In this document: piece after piece, positions 11,786 through 30,239 of the stretch
Position numbering within the stretch: position 1 is the first letter of the stretch
Layout of the letters: the number at the start of each line of letters is the position of its first letter
From: Zygnema circumcarinatum SAG 698-1b
Taxonomy: Eukaryota > Plantae > Zygnematophyceae
DNA length: 64,000 nucleotides
Assembly: GCA_037447605.1 (NCBI GenBank)
Contig: CM074817.1
Span: forward strand, 992,001 to 1,056,000
Direction of reading: 5' to 3'
Notes under the pieces: model-generated
What the model was told of the DNA's origin: nothing
Database searches by the model: none
What the model saw: the letters and a program-made list of their open reading frames with translations, nothing else
Program-made: the position numbers and the translations under genes

Positions 11786-14172
11786 GTGCTGAAGGAACGT
11801 CAAATTTTCCAAGAAGGGGTTGGCCCTGTTCTTGTTGTGAAGTTGCATTCATGTTTCAAGGTTGGTGGTTTAACTTCGATTAGCTCTAGGGATGTTGTGG
11901 TACGAACTTGGAACTTGGAAGATTTTGTTGTTGGTCTGGTTGCGATTTAGACTATGTTGACATTGTGGTGTCAGTGGAAATTTGGTCCAAGGCGAAGGCG
12001 TTCCATGTGCATAGAACGAACTCACAATGTTTTACGAAAACTGAGCTGGAGCATGTGCATGCCCTTGCCATGGAGTCGCGTGAATTGATCGAATACAGTT
12101 ACCGTTACTGAAATCAATTAACGAGTTTGCTAGGGTTCGCAGTTACAGTACCAGTAGCGCATAACGGCGAATTCGAGCACGCATAGAACCCAAGTTTGGA
12201 CGCGGCGTGACGCACCAGTTGGCTTCACTCAAACCACCGAAATTCTTTGGTCGGCCGTCCCAGTTCGCAGCGGGTAAGGCATTGCGACATTGTCGTCTAA
12301 GGGTGCGTTTTCATTCGTTTTGTTGCACAAATGCTGATGTGGTGCAACATTGCTCATGTAATTTCGCAAGTGCGAACGCTTGGAGCGGGTTCGCGACAAG
12401 CCACGCGAAATAATTCGGGTCTCGCTTTCGTGCCCGAATAGAAAAATGGGGTAAACTAGCCAGATCCGAATGACCAACCGGATAACGACCCGTGCCACAC
12501 AGCGCTTTCGTGAAGTTCCGCGCGATTTTAGGATTTGGGAATGAGCTGGCAAAAAATTGTGCCGACACGTCAGCATTTGTGGTTCAGAATGTGCCACGTG
12601 GAAGTCACGTGGCGCTTTTTCTTTGGCGGAAAAGTGGCGCCACTTCGGCATCCAGCCGGCTCTCTCGTGCGAACTGTTTTCGTTCAACTGGTTGAATGAA
12701 AAACTTCGTTTCGAAGGTTTGCAAACTCTCCGCCGCGGTTTCCAACTTTTCCATTCAACCAAATAGTTGGTTTCAGACATCGACCATGGCTGTACTAAAT
12801 TCCCGAATTTAGTATACTAAAAGTCAAAGATTCGTGTACGAATTTCGGTTTGGATCCGCGGCTCCGCCGAACCCAGCCGTACCGAAATGCGTACCTAGCC
12901 AATGCTTAAGTCGCCCGACAGGCATACTAAATTGATTTGGACATGGTCAATGTCTGACTCCCCCTAATGAACGAAGTTGAACCATAGTTGAATGAACGAA
13001 GTTGAACCATGAAAACGCACGCGACAAATTACAGTCGAAAAATGATGTCGGTGCGAGCACTGTAGTGCGCTAGCCGACACGTCAAACGTGAAAATATCGT
13101 TGAATACGACAATAAATGCGTCATCCAGTGTGTCATTCAACGCGTTCACTGGACCTTAAAATTTTGTCGTTTTGTGACACACAGATAGGACATTTCTGTC
13201 GTTTTTTGCTACAAATCAGATATCGAATCTGAATGTCGGGCAAGCGGGCCATTCCTATTGGTACGTCATGGTTCGGAATCAGTACGTCATCTAAGAGACC
13301 AAACCTTGACCAGCCGTGACTTTTCCTTATTTTACGCCAATCAAAAAGTTGACACGTGGTGTCCTGTGGCGCCCTCTCCTTGCTGTATTCCAACAATGCA
13401 ATCAAGCCTTGCTGGACATTGATGATTTGCTAGCGTGGCACCATTTCGTTGGCCAAAAAATAAATTACGCTTCTACAAAAGGTCATAGAAACCCCTTCAC
13501 ATGCCAGTTCTGAATCGAGTCTCGGTCAAGACCCGATCGCGCTGGCGCCAGCCCTGCACCGGTGTCCGTATGGACCATACAGAATAAAATCTCGAATTTA
13601 AATGGCTACTGGGAAAAGGTCCATCTTCCAATTTTCCACTAATGAGCGTGCGCCACCTCATCATCCATTTAACCTTAATAAATGAAAGTCCACCTCAGCA
13701 ATACCCATGATGGGGTTGCGCCACGCTATCATCCACGTCGGCATCAGATGCACCTTCTTTCATAACAAGATCGGAAAAATAGAAAATTAGCATGTACGGC
13801 CTACCGCCCACCGACATATTTGTACATGTGCGAACGTACCGACATGCTCTTCGTACATGTACAGTACACGTACCGTACATATATTGCACCCGTACATACA
13901 CCAATGTACTTTTATTGTACGGCGCACACTTGCGAATCCGTACAGGAGTCACCATGGCTGCTCCAGTCGCCCTCCCTCTAAAAGAGAAAGGGAAGAAAGG
14001 AGAGGGCGGGGAGGCCCTTTAAGAGGGTGGGAGGGCGTAGCTTTTAGGGCTGAGGGCGTAGCTGTTAGGGTTGAGGCCGTCTCTGAGGTGGGTTATGGGG
14101 TGAGTTTAGGGTTCAGGGCCATGGCGGAGTGAGAGAGGAGGGAGGGAGGGAGGGAGGGAGGGGCTCAGAGCT

Positions 14173-17100
14173 ATGCCTTCGGAGTCAGGAAAAGCGGCGG
14201 TGCCTTTGATGCTGCGCATGGGCGCCATGCGAGAGGTCTCTCTCTTTATTTCTCTCTCTCTCTCTCCCTCTCTCCCGCTTCTCTCTCGATCTCTCTCTCT
14301 CTGTGTCCTCTCTCTCCCTCCCCCTCCCCCTCCCACCTCCAAAAAAACCCACCTCCCGACCTCTCTAAAAACCCATTTCTCGCAGACCCCACAAGCCACC
14401 TTTCGCCCTTCCCTCCATCTCGCCCGTTTTTGTTGCACAATTTCACATATATGATACCTATCTGACCCACTCACCGTTTGCCCTCTCTCTCTCGTGCGCA
14501 GCGCAGAGTCGCCGAAGACCAAGTCTTCATGCTTCTATGCTGCTTCGTCGCCGTTTCCGTTCTGTATCTGTCGACGCAACTGTGGAAGGCGTTCTATGCG
14601 CTGCATCGCGGAAACAAGCTCCCCGGCCCGAGAGCGAGTCTTCTGTGGGGCAATCTTCCCGACATGAAAGAAGCGGGCGGAATCGCGGGGTTCGCTGGTG
14701 AGAAAATTTCCCTCAGTTTTTTTTTTCCGTAAATCTTTCCATTTCGCAGTGTTACTAATCCTTTTGAATTAAAATCGTGCGAATGTAGTGGCGTCTTTTC
14801 GTCACATTTTAGTCACTTACTGGACACACGCTTCTTCTTCTTCTGTGCCCTTCCTTAACCCGATCGATCCATCGATCGATCGATGTATGTATGTATGTGC
14901 CCTTATCGCTTTTTAGGGTACCTTGAGCGGCTCCACGCACAGTACGGCTGTGTGGTGCGCATATGGCTCGGCCCCGGGCGGCTTTTTGTCTCTTTGCGCG
15001 ACGCGGAGACGGCGAAGGCCGCGCTCGTGCACGCGAGGGACCGGCCCGGCCCGCCGCAGGGGGTGCTGGACTCCATGGTCTTCCAAGGGGAGGAAGAGGT
15101 GGGGAGGGAGGGAGGGGGAGAGGGAGGGAGGGAGGGGAGGGGNNNNNNNNNNAAAGGGAAGGAAGGGAGGGAAGGGGGAAGGGAAGGGGGTGTGGGGAAG
15201 GCAAGGAAGGGAGGGAGGGAGGGGGGGAGGGAGGGGGGACTGGGAGGGGGGGAGGGAGTGGGGAGTGGGAGGGGGGGGAGTGGGAGGGTGAGGAGGGGGG
15301 AGGGGAAGGGAAGGGAGGGAGGGGGGAGAGTGGGGAGGGGGGAGGTGATGGGAAGGGAGGGAAAGAGTGAGGGAAGGATTCGGGAAGATGGGGAGGGGGA
15401 GAAGAGAAGGGGGAAGGGATGCGTGGGGGAAACAGGGAGACGGAGTGAGGGAGAGGAGGAAGACAGAGAGGGGAGAGGGAGGGCGTGAGGTAGGGGAGAG
15501 GGAGAGAATAGGAGGGAGAGTGGTTGAGGGAGGGAGGGGGTGTGGTAGAGGAAGGTGGAGGTGGAGTGGCTAGGAAGGGGGTGGGGGGATTGTGGGGGAG
15601 TGGGGGAGAGGACATGGATAGTAAAGGGATGGGAGAAAGAGAGAATGGGGCGGAAGGAGAGAGGGAGATGTATGAGACGAAAACCACGATGAGAAGGCGA
15701 GAGAGTGAGAGAGAGAGAGATGGAGGAGAATCCTAGCTTCTGTCTTGATTTATTTCTATCTGTACTTCTAATTTTTGTTTTTGTTTGTGTTTGTGGCCAG
15801 GCCCGTCTCGCAAGATCTTTTTTCGACTACCATTGCCACACAACTCTCTTGTACAGAGGTCATGATTTGGCCACAACTGTTGCAGAAATGGCTGCGGAAA
15901 TTTTCACAAAAAAAGCAGCCAATCAGGAGGAGGTGGATGTGAAAAAAACCTGCAGATGGATGGCAACCGGAGTAATCGGAGCAGCTATTTACGGAGAAAA
16001 ATTCCTCACTACACAGTTACACATAGAACTGTCGGAGTTAACGGCGAAGGTGGCGGAGGGGCAGCAGTTCCTATGGAGCTCCGTAACCGTTCCGTTCTGG
16101 AGGAAAGAATACAAAGATTACCTAAAAAACAATCAAAGAATAAAGGAAATCTCGAAAGAGTTATTGGAAATGGCAATTTCTGCTTCAAAAGAAGCTAAAA
16201 CTGAGTTTCCGGCGGAACCCACAATTTCAGATGTTGCGAGAAGGGCGGCATTGGCGGTGGTTTCGGAGGAGTTTATTTCGGCTATGTTAGCGGAAAGAAC
16301 AGTTTTGGGCGAAAAACTATTTACGGAGGAAGGGGTGCAAATGGGGTCTTTAGGACTGATGTTCCATGGATGCCTCACTACGGCAACAGTTCTGTCGAGG
16401 GCGTTCGTTTTCTTGGCGCAGCATCCGGAGATGCAGATGAAGGTGAGAGAGTGGGAGAATGGGGAAGTGGAGAGAGGCGGGGAATGGGAGGGAGGAGGAG
16501 GGGGGGAGAGGGGAGATGAAAGTGGGGGAAGTGAAAGAGGAGGTAGGGGGACGAGGAGGACGAAAGGGGAGGAGAGAGGGAGAGAGAGTGGGGGAAAATT
16601 TGTGGCGAGGATTGCGAGAGAAGATGGTTTGGAAGTGTGAATGGGAGGTGGGGAGAGGAAAAGGGGACAAAGGAGCCACCTTCATAAGGACTTAAGGACC
16701 CATCCTATCCTTATGAAGGATGCCTTCATCAGGAAGATTATAAACAATGCCTTTTCGAAAATAAGCACCTTGTCNNNNNNNNNNCCCTCCCTCCCTCCCC
16801 CTCTCTCTCTCCCTCCCTCCCCCCCAGGTCCACCAGGAGTTGGACCTCCTCTGCGGCCCCCTCCGCCCCCCCCCCGAGGCCCGCGCTGAGCTCCTCCACT
16901 TCCTCACGGCGGCCGTGCACGAGAGCGCGCGACTCGCCCCCCTTCAGCCCGCGCTGCGCCGCTGCTCGCTCGGGCATGGTCGGTCACTAAATAACTAACT
17001 CACTGACTTAACTCGCTGGCCAAACTGACTGACTAATTGGTTGACTAACTGGCTGACTAACTCGCTGACTAATTGGCTGACTGGTTGGCTGACTAACTGA

Positions 17101-18113
17101 CTGACTAACTGGTTGACTAACTGGCTAACTAACTGGTTGGCTGGCTGACAGACAGACAGACAGACGGACAGGGGGCAGTATTGGGGCAGCTGGGGGATAT
17201 TTTTTGGGGTTAAGTTTGTTTTTTGAGGGGGACGGGGGGTGGAGGTGTGGTGGGTGTTTTTTTGTTTTTGATTTTACCTCTTTTGTGGTGCGCGTGTTGG
17301 TAGAGCTTATGCTTTGGGAGAGTAGGAGGAGTGGGTGGCAGATCGTGGGGCAGTGAGGACGTTTGTCTTAGACTAACTCTTTCTCTCTCTCTCTCTCTTC
17401 CTCCCCTCTCCCACCCTCCTCCCTCTCCCAACTTCCCTCCTCCCCCTCCTCTCCCCCCCATCTCTCTCTCCCCCTCTCTCCCAGACCTGAAAGCCGGAGA
17501 CTTCATAATTCCCGCCGGCGCCATCATCGCCATCCCCACGCACTCCTTCCACATGGACCCACACGTGTGGGGAGAAGACTCCTCCCAGTTCAATCCCGAC
17601 CGCTTCATAAAGAGGCAAATAAGGCTTCCGGAAGGGCCCAGAATGAGCATTATGGCTCAAAGCCTTCAAGCTGCAAAAGCAAATGCAGGAGGATGGAGGG
17701 GAGCAGCTCTCACCTATTCAAACCCAGGTCCTAAATTGGGGTCTGATGTAGTCACTACCTCGCCCTCTCCCTCTCCCTCTCCCTCTCCCTCTCTCTCACC
17801 CTCTCCCGCAGGGCGGAGAGCGTTTGACCCCAGACTGGGAATTGAGGGAAGTGGGCATATTAATAGAGGAGGTGATTGTTATGCTTTTGTTGATCCTGGG
17901 GCAGGTCCCCATTTTCTCCTTTTTGGGGCGGGCCCTCGCTCTTGCGTTGGAAAAAGGTTCGCTTTACAGTTGGTTCGGAGCCTCCTTGCGGCGACTTTTC
18001 AGAGGTTCGAGGTTCGGTTCAGCCCCGGAACCGAAGCAAACCCGAGCCTCGAAATGGAGGGACTCATGCTAAATTTCACGCCAAACCCAAAAATCATTTT
18101 TTCGCCGCGGTGA
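14173..18113 (+). CDS. CYP727: Cytochrome P450, CYP727-like
   Basis: Exons ~14173-14235, 14502-14697, 14917-15098, 15801-16442, 16828-16978 and 17485-18113 join in frame. They give a TM anchor plus LPGP hinge, atypical I-helix MFHGCLTT, K-helix ESAR, FNPDRF and heme motif FGAGPRSCVG. The FHGCLTT and ESARL..RCSL.HDL signatures match my recollection of plant CYP727. Confidence 0.85.
16985..17170. repeat. Degenerate tetranucleotide (ACTG/ACTA/GCTG) repeat in a P450 intron
   Basis: Repeated GACTAACTG/CTGACT units followed by (GACA)n. Confidence 0.8.
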
Positions 18114-18828
18114 TAAAGAAGGGAAGGGGATGATGGGTAGGGCCTCAAAAGAAGATGGGTTTTTTTTTGGGTTTTTCGCCTTTTCCCTTGTTTTTTCTTC
18201 GTTTTGATTTTTTCCTAATTTGTTTCAGACCTCTGGGGCTACGTCCAATATTAGGCGGAAAGGCACCAAAAAAGATGGTTCAGAGAGGCAGAGGCGAAGG
18301 GATTGCATTTCAAGATTTTCAGTTTACGGTTTCTGGTTTCTCGTCTAGTTTTTAGTTTCTGGTTTTCAGTTTGGAACCTAAGCAGTTTTTCTGTGCCGGT
18401 TTTTGCTCTGCCGGACGGCAGTTAGCTGCGCACTGGAGGGGCAAACAGTCGAGACAGAAATTCCCCACTTTGTATAAATTCAAACCCTCTTTTCCCCAAG
18501 CTGCAATCCGACCGTTGGGTTTTGGGTTTTGGGTTTTTTTCTTCCTTTATGTGTCAGCTTTTCTGGCTTTCTTTGTTGTCGTTTATCCTAATTTTATGAA
18601 GATTTCTGACAACGAGAAGGGTCTGTTTGAAGAGGAAATGATTTGATGCATTAAACCTAGAGGGGGTCAAATTAGATTGCTGTAAACCGCTCGGTACAGT
18701 GGATTCAGTTTTTCGTAAATCTTTCTCTCTCTCTCCCCCTCTCTCTCTCTCTATTTCTCTCTGTGTGCGCTCTTATTATTTTGGCTATCTCTGCGTTCCG
18801 CAACCCACAACTGCGAACTGGTTCTATG

Positions 18829-25489
<6,661 letters not shown>

Positions 25490-25974
25490 GGCGTCTTCTG
25501 CCTCTTTCCCCCCCCCCCCTTCTATGTCCCTAGTTTTCAGTCGAAACGGAAAAACTGAACTGAAGTTTCTGAGCAGCACAGAACAGCTCTACTTTCTTTT
25601 TTTCCTTCTGGAAAAGGACCCACTCAAGCAGGCAGGCAGGGTTCAGGGCGCAGGCGGGTTCTAGAATTAGGGTTTCCTGAACCCCCGGCTCGCCGCATGT
25701 GCGAAGAGGGAGGAAGGAGCCGTTGGAGAGAGAGAGAGATGCCCTCCCCGCCATCTCCTGCAAGCTTAGCTAAGGCTTGGGAGGGTCCACGGTTCCCTGT
25801 GAGGCTGTTCCGTTGGGCGTCAAACAAGAATCCTAACTGAGGTTCCTTGCCGTGCCTGTAACGCTCGAAGGTTCTATGTCAGACTTTTTCATATCGGTGG
25901 ATTATTGCGGACGATATCTCGCGATATTAAAAAAACGGTAAGTTACTGCCACGTGGACATTTTTATGGCTGGAA

Positions 25975-26695
25975 AGGGTAGTGCTAAATTCACACCTTTT
26001 TTGTCTAGACACAGTCTTTTTTTCGCCGGGCAGATTTTAAAATAGACAAAAAAGGATTTAAAACGGAAAATGCTTTTTTCACGCCTTTTTGGAATTGATA
26101 CACACCTTTTTGCCGTAGGGCAGATTATATTTTACAAAAAAATTCCAAAGAAAAAAAGCCCGAGATCTCCGCAAAATTTTGACCTGGACTAGCCAAGCCA
26201 GGGGCGGCTCTCCCATTGACATCTGACATCCAATCACCAACTGCCACGTGTTATTTTTTGACGTGGCAAATTGTGTTTGGTCCGGGCTCTCAATTTAATG
26301 TACGGTATTTCGCCTTTCCTCGAAGCTGCGACCATACCAGCTTTGTACGAACCCACTTTGAGCCGGCTTTGGCGGGACACGTGGGCACGTGCCATTCGCT
26401 TAGACCGAGCTCGGCGACAGATCTAACGGTGATCTGCCGCGGTGCGATCTGCGAGATCATCGACGGCGGAGATATACCGCAAGTGTGAAAGACCATACCC
26501 GCGAACGATCTCGTGGTATCATTTACCTTTTTTGTAAAATAAAGTCTGCCCGACGGGAAAAGGTGTGCATCGATTCCAAAAAGGTGTGAAAAAAGCATTT
26601 TTTTTTCTGTTCTTAATCCCTTTTTGTCTATTAAAATCTACCCGGCGAAAAAAGGGCTGTGTCTAGACAAAAAGGTGTGAATTTAGCACTACCCT
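25975..26695. mobile_element. MITE-like element with ~175-bp imperfect terminal inverted repeats
   Basis: AGGGTAGTGCTAAATTCACACCTTTT at 25975 mirrors AAAAGGTGTGAATTTAGCACTACCCT ending at 26695; imperfect complementarity continues to ~26140/26530. No clear TSD. Confidence 0.85.
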
Positions 26696-27845
26696 ATTTT
26701 TTACTGTACGGTATTGCACAATTCCGACTTTTTAGTTTGAATTTTTTTGGAAAACTGAATGGCGTGATTGTGGCGCATTTCGGTAAATATATTTACCTCA
26801 ACCGATCCATCCGTTTCCAGACTGGGAATTTCCGAGCTTGCCATTGGCTGTGCATTCTGTGACAGAATTGTTTTCCCCGAAAAAAAAACTGATTTTTGAC
26901 TGCCCGCTAGAATGTATCCTATATTTTTAAAACAAACAAATTACAAACGTTTTCCCTTTCCTCCATTGCCGTACTACCCGTAACTCTTGCCGTACGAAAA
27001 TACAAGTACTGTACGGTACTGTAGGAAAACACCGTACCTTTAGCGTACACGGAACCACCCGTACATTTTCGAGCATGTCCGTAATTTTCCGTACGTTCCC
27101 AGGGAGCAGGAGGAGGCTGCCCCAAACCCTAATCCGGCGCAGCGCGAGGGCGCAGAGACCATGGCGGATGATGGCCATGGCTCCATGGCCCCATGGCGGC
27201 ATGCAGGCATGCATGCATGAGCCATACCCATGGACATAGCCATACATACATACATACATACAAGCATACATACATCCAGGCATGCATGCATGTGATGGGT
27301 CTCCCCCCCCTTTGATGCGCATGCGCATGCCTCCATGAGATGGATGGCTTGGGATGGTGAGGCTCAAGATTCAAGCTTTTAGGGTTTGTAGGATTTTTAG
27401 GGTTTCCCCCTTGCAGCTCTCCCTCCTCTCTCCCTTCCTCTCCTTCTCCCTCCAACAGTAAGCAGAATCTCTCATGTACTCTCCCGCTCCGCCCCACTCC
27501 CTCTCCCTCTCCCTCTTTCTCTCTCTCCTCTCCTCTTCCTCCTGGAAGCCCAATACTCTCTTCCCTTCCCCTCTCCTCATACACCCTACCATTCTGTCAT
27601 GTGAATAGCCCCCACCTTTCTCCCCCTCTCCTCTTCTCTCCCCCACCCCTCCCTCTCCCTCTCCCTCCCCCTCCCCCTCCCCCCCCACCTTTCTCCCCCT
27701 CTCCTCTTCTCTCTCCCACCCCTCCCTCTCCCTCTTCCTCTCCCTCCCCCCTACCCTTCTCCCCCTCTCCTCGTCTCTCTCCCAACCCCTCCCTCTCCCT
27801 CTCCCTCTCCCTCCCCCCCCTCCTTCCTCGTTCCCTCCCTCCACC

Positions 27846-30060
27846 ATGAGCAGGAGCAATCTCGCATTCAGCTTCTCCAGGGAAGAGTCCTCCTCGGAGG
27901 CTAAAGCAGAGCCCACAGGGTTAAAGAGATGGCTTGTTGCAATATGCGCTATAAGGTTCGACCTGGAGCAGGGCCAACTGGTGGAGGCCTGCTACCCCCC
28001 TGGCTCTCTCTCGCCGGAGGAAGAGTTGGACATTGCATTCTCCTCCTTCCCAGACTCAATGTCAACAGTGCATAATAGAGCAAGCCTCCATGACTGCCTC
28101 TTTTTTTTTAGGGTTAGGAGGAGAGGAACACCTCCAGGAAGCTCTCGAAGGGAGGGAGAGGAGAGTGGTTTGGAGGGAGGGACAAGTGGGGGAGAGAAGC
28201 CGGGGGTGTTCAGGACGGGGGTGGACCCCATTTCTATACCGAGTGAGGCGGATAGAGAGAGCGAGGGGGGAGGGAGTGGAGGGAGCGCAGGGAGTGGTGG
28301 AAGAGGGGGAAGATACAGAAAAAAGTCGGCTGGGAATTCATGGGGATCGAGTCCACATGACACATTTTTCGACGCAAGTTCTTCTTCACCGAGTTCGCCA
28401 TTTTTTGAGACTGTCGCCAAAGGTGTTTGGGCTAAAAGCAGCCCTTTGAATTCAGCTCAACTGGACGCGGAGCGAAGGAGAAGCATGGATTCGGAAGGAG
28501 CGCTTTTCTCTCCGTCGGTGAGCGAGAATGAGAGAGGTATGAGTGGGAGGAGTGAGGGAGGAGCAGCTCAGTTGAGCAATGGTAGTGGGGGGGTGGGAGG
28601 GAGAGCAGCCAGTGGTAGTCCTGGAAGCTCAGGAGCAGTAAGATATGCGGAGGAAGAGAGAGGAGGAGGAGGAGGAGGAGGAGGAGAGAGCTCAAGGAGC
28701 TCGGGCGGGATTTCCCCACTTGGCCCTGGAAGTGGAGGCCCGCGTTACCTTTATGGTTTCGTATTTAATCGACAGCGTCATGACGAAAGACTAAGAAGAG
28801 GAGGGGAGCAAAAATCCGTTGTAATTCTCACAGAAAGACCCTATTCCTCAGTATTCCGTCCCTTAGTTCAGGTAGCAGGGCCCCTGTACTTCGACATTGG
28901 CCCCAAAGCTTTAGAGCAGATCGCCTTCTATGTGTCCCGTTGGCCGTCTCCCGTTCACGGAAGCACCATGGAACTGCCAGCTGGCAGCGTTACGTTGCGA
29001 GCTCCTCTCCCTCCTGCTCACACTCTCCCTCCCACCAATCAGACTCCTCTTGATGACTTCACTTCAGCCATGGCTCCCGCACCCCTGAGCAAGTCTGTAC
29101 CTCAGGTGAGAGCTGAAGTGAAATATGAGTACATTAATAATATGTCTTTGCAATGCTTTTGTCGGCGCGAAGGTTTACTCTATAGTTTTCCATAGGATTT
29201 CTTACTTAGTACTAGTTTTTTTCAAACTTCAAATTTTTAGAAGCCTACCACCATCGCAAAATCTCGTTTTTTGCTTCAGTTGGTTCAAGTCCATGTTTCG
29301 AACTTTAGGGTTATGAACTACCGTTCAGTTTTTGAAGTTCAAAACCGACTTCCTCATTAGTTTTTAGAGCTCGGGGAGTCTCTGTAGTTTTGGAAACTCA
29401 AGGATTTCAAACAATTTGGTTAGAAAAAGTTTCCAGTTTCTGGTGCCGTGCAACAGGAAAAAGGATAATGCAGGCCATACAACTCGAAAGTTCTCTGTCA
29501 AAAGTGTGAACTTCTCTTTGTATATGAAGTGAGCTGGTTGAAAACCTCAATGAATTCAGTTAAGTAACAACCGAGTAACTGAACAAGTAAGTTTTCTTTG
29601 ACTTTGAGAGTCTTGGAGTATTTGCTCATCCCCTTGTCTTCATTTCCTATGCTGCTTCCACTTCTGTACTGTGAAATGAGATAACTGCTGTGTTTTGCAT
29701 GTGCAGGGAATCTTCTATGAAGCAGATGTGTTTGGAATTTACAGAGGAGTTTTAATGCAGCTATGGGTGCTTTGGGAACTCCTTCTTGTGGGAGAGCCTG
29801 TCTTAATTATTGCTCCCTCTCCCTCACAATGCTCTGAAGCTGTTGCAGCTCTTGTCGGAATCATCGCCCCTCTCCCTTGCTCCATGGATTTTAGACCCTA
29901 TTTCACCATTCATGATCCCGATTTTCCAACCCTTAATGCTCTCAGGGAGGGAGACCCTGTCCCTCCAATGGTCCTCGGAGTCACTAATCTTTTTTTTCTG
30001 AAGGCTCTTCGAAGTCTTCCCCACGTGGTTTCTGTTGGAACTCCGCCGACCGGACCTGGA
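27846..30060 (+). CDS. DENND6: DENN-domain protein 6-like (Rab GEF); 3' end lost in assembly gap
   Basis: Exons 27846-29105 and 29707-30060+ encode WLVAICAIRFDLEQGQLVEACYPP...FSSFPDS, YGFVFNRQRHDERLRRGGEQKSVVIL, LWELLLVGEP, DFRPYFTIHDP and LGVTNLFFLK. A 100-N gap follows. Confidence 0.9.
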
Positions 30061-30160
30061 NNNNNNNNNNNNNNNNNNNNNNNNNNNNNNNNNNNNNNNN
30101 NNNNNNNNNNNNNNNNNNNNNNNNNNNNNNNNNNNNNNNNNNNNNNNNNNNNNNNNNNNN
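30061..30160. other. Assembly gap (100 N)
   Basis: Run of N. Shorter 10-N gaps also sit beside G/C runs at ~7613, 15143, 16775, 19354 and 47226. Confidence 0.99.
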
Positions 30161-30239
30161 TCTTTGCCCTCTCTCTCTCTCGCTCTCTCACTCTCTCTTC
30201 AGGCTGATGCTGCAATCTGTCCTTCTTCACTCCCTGCAG

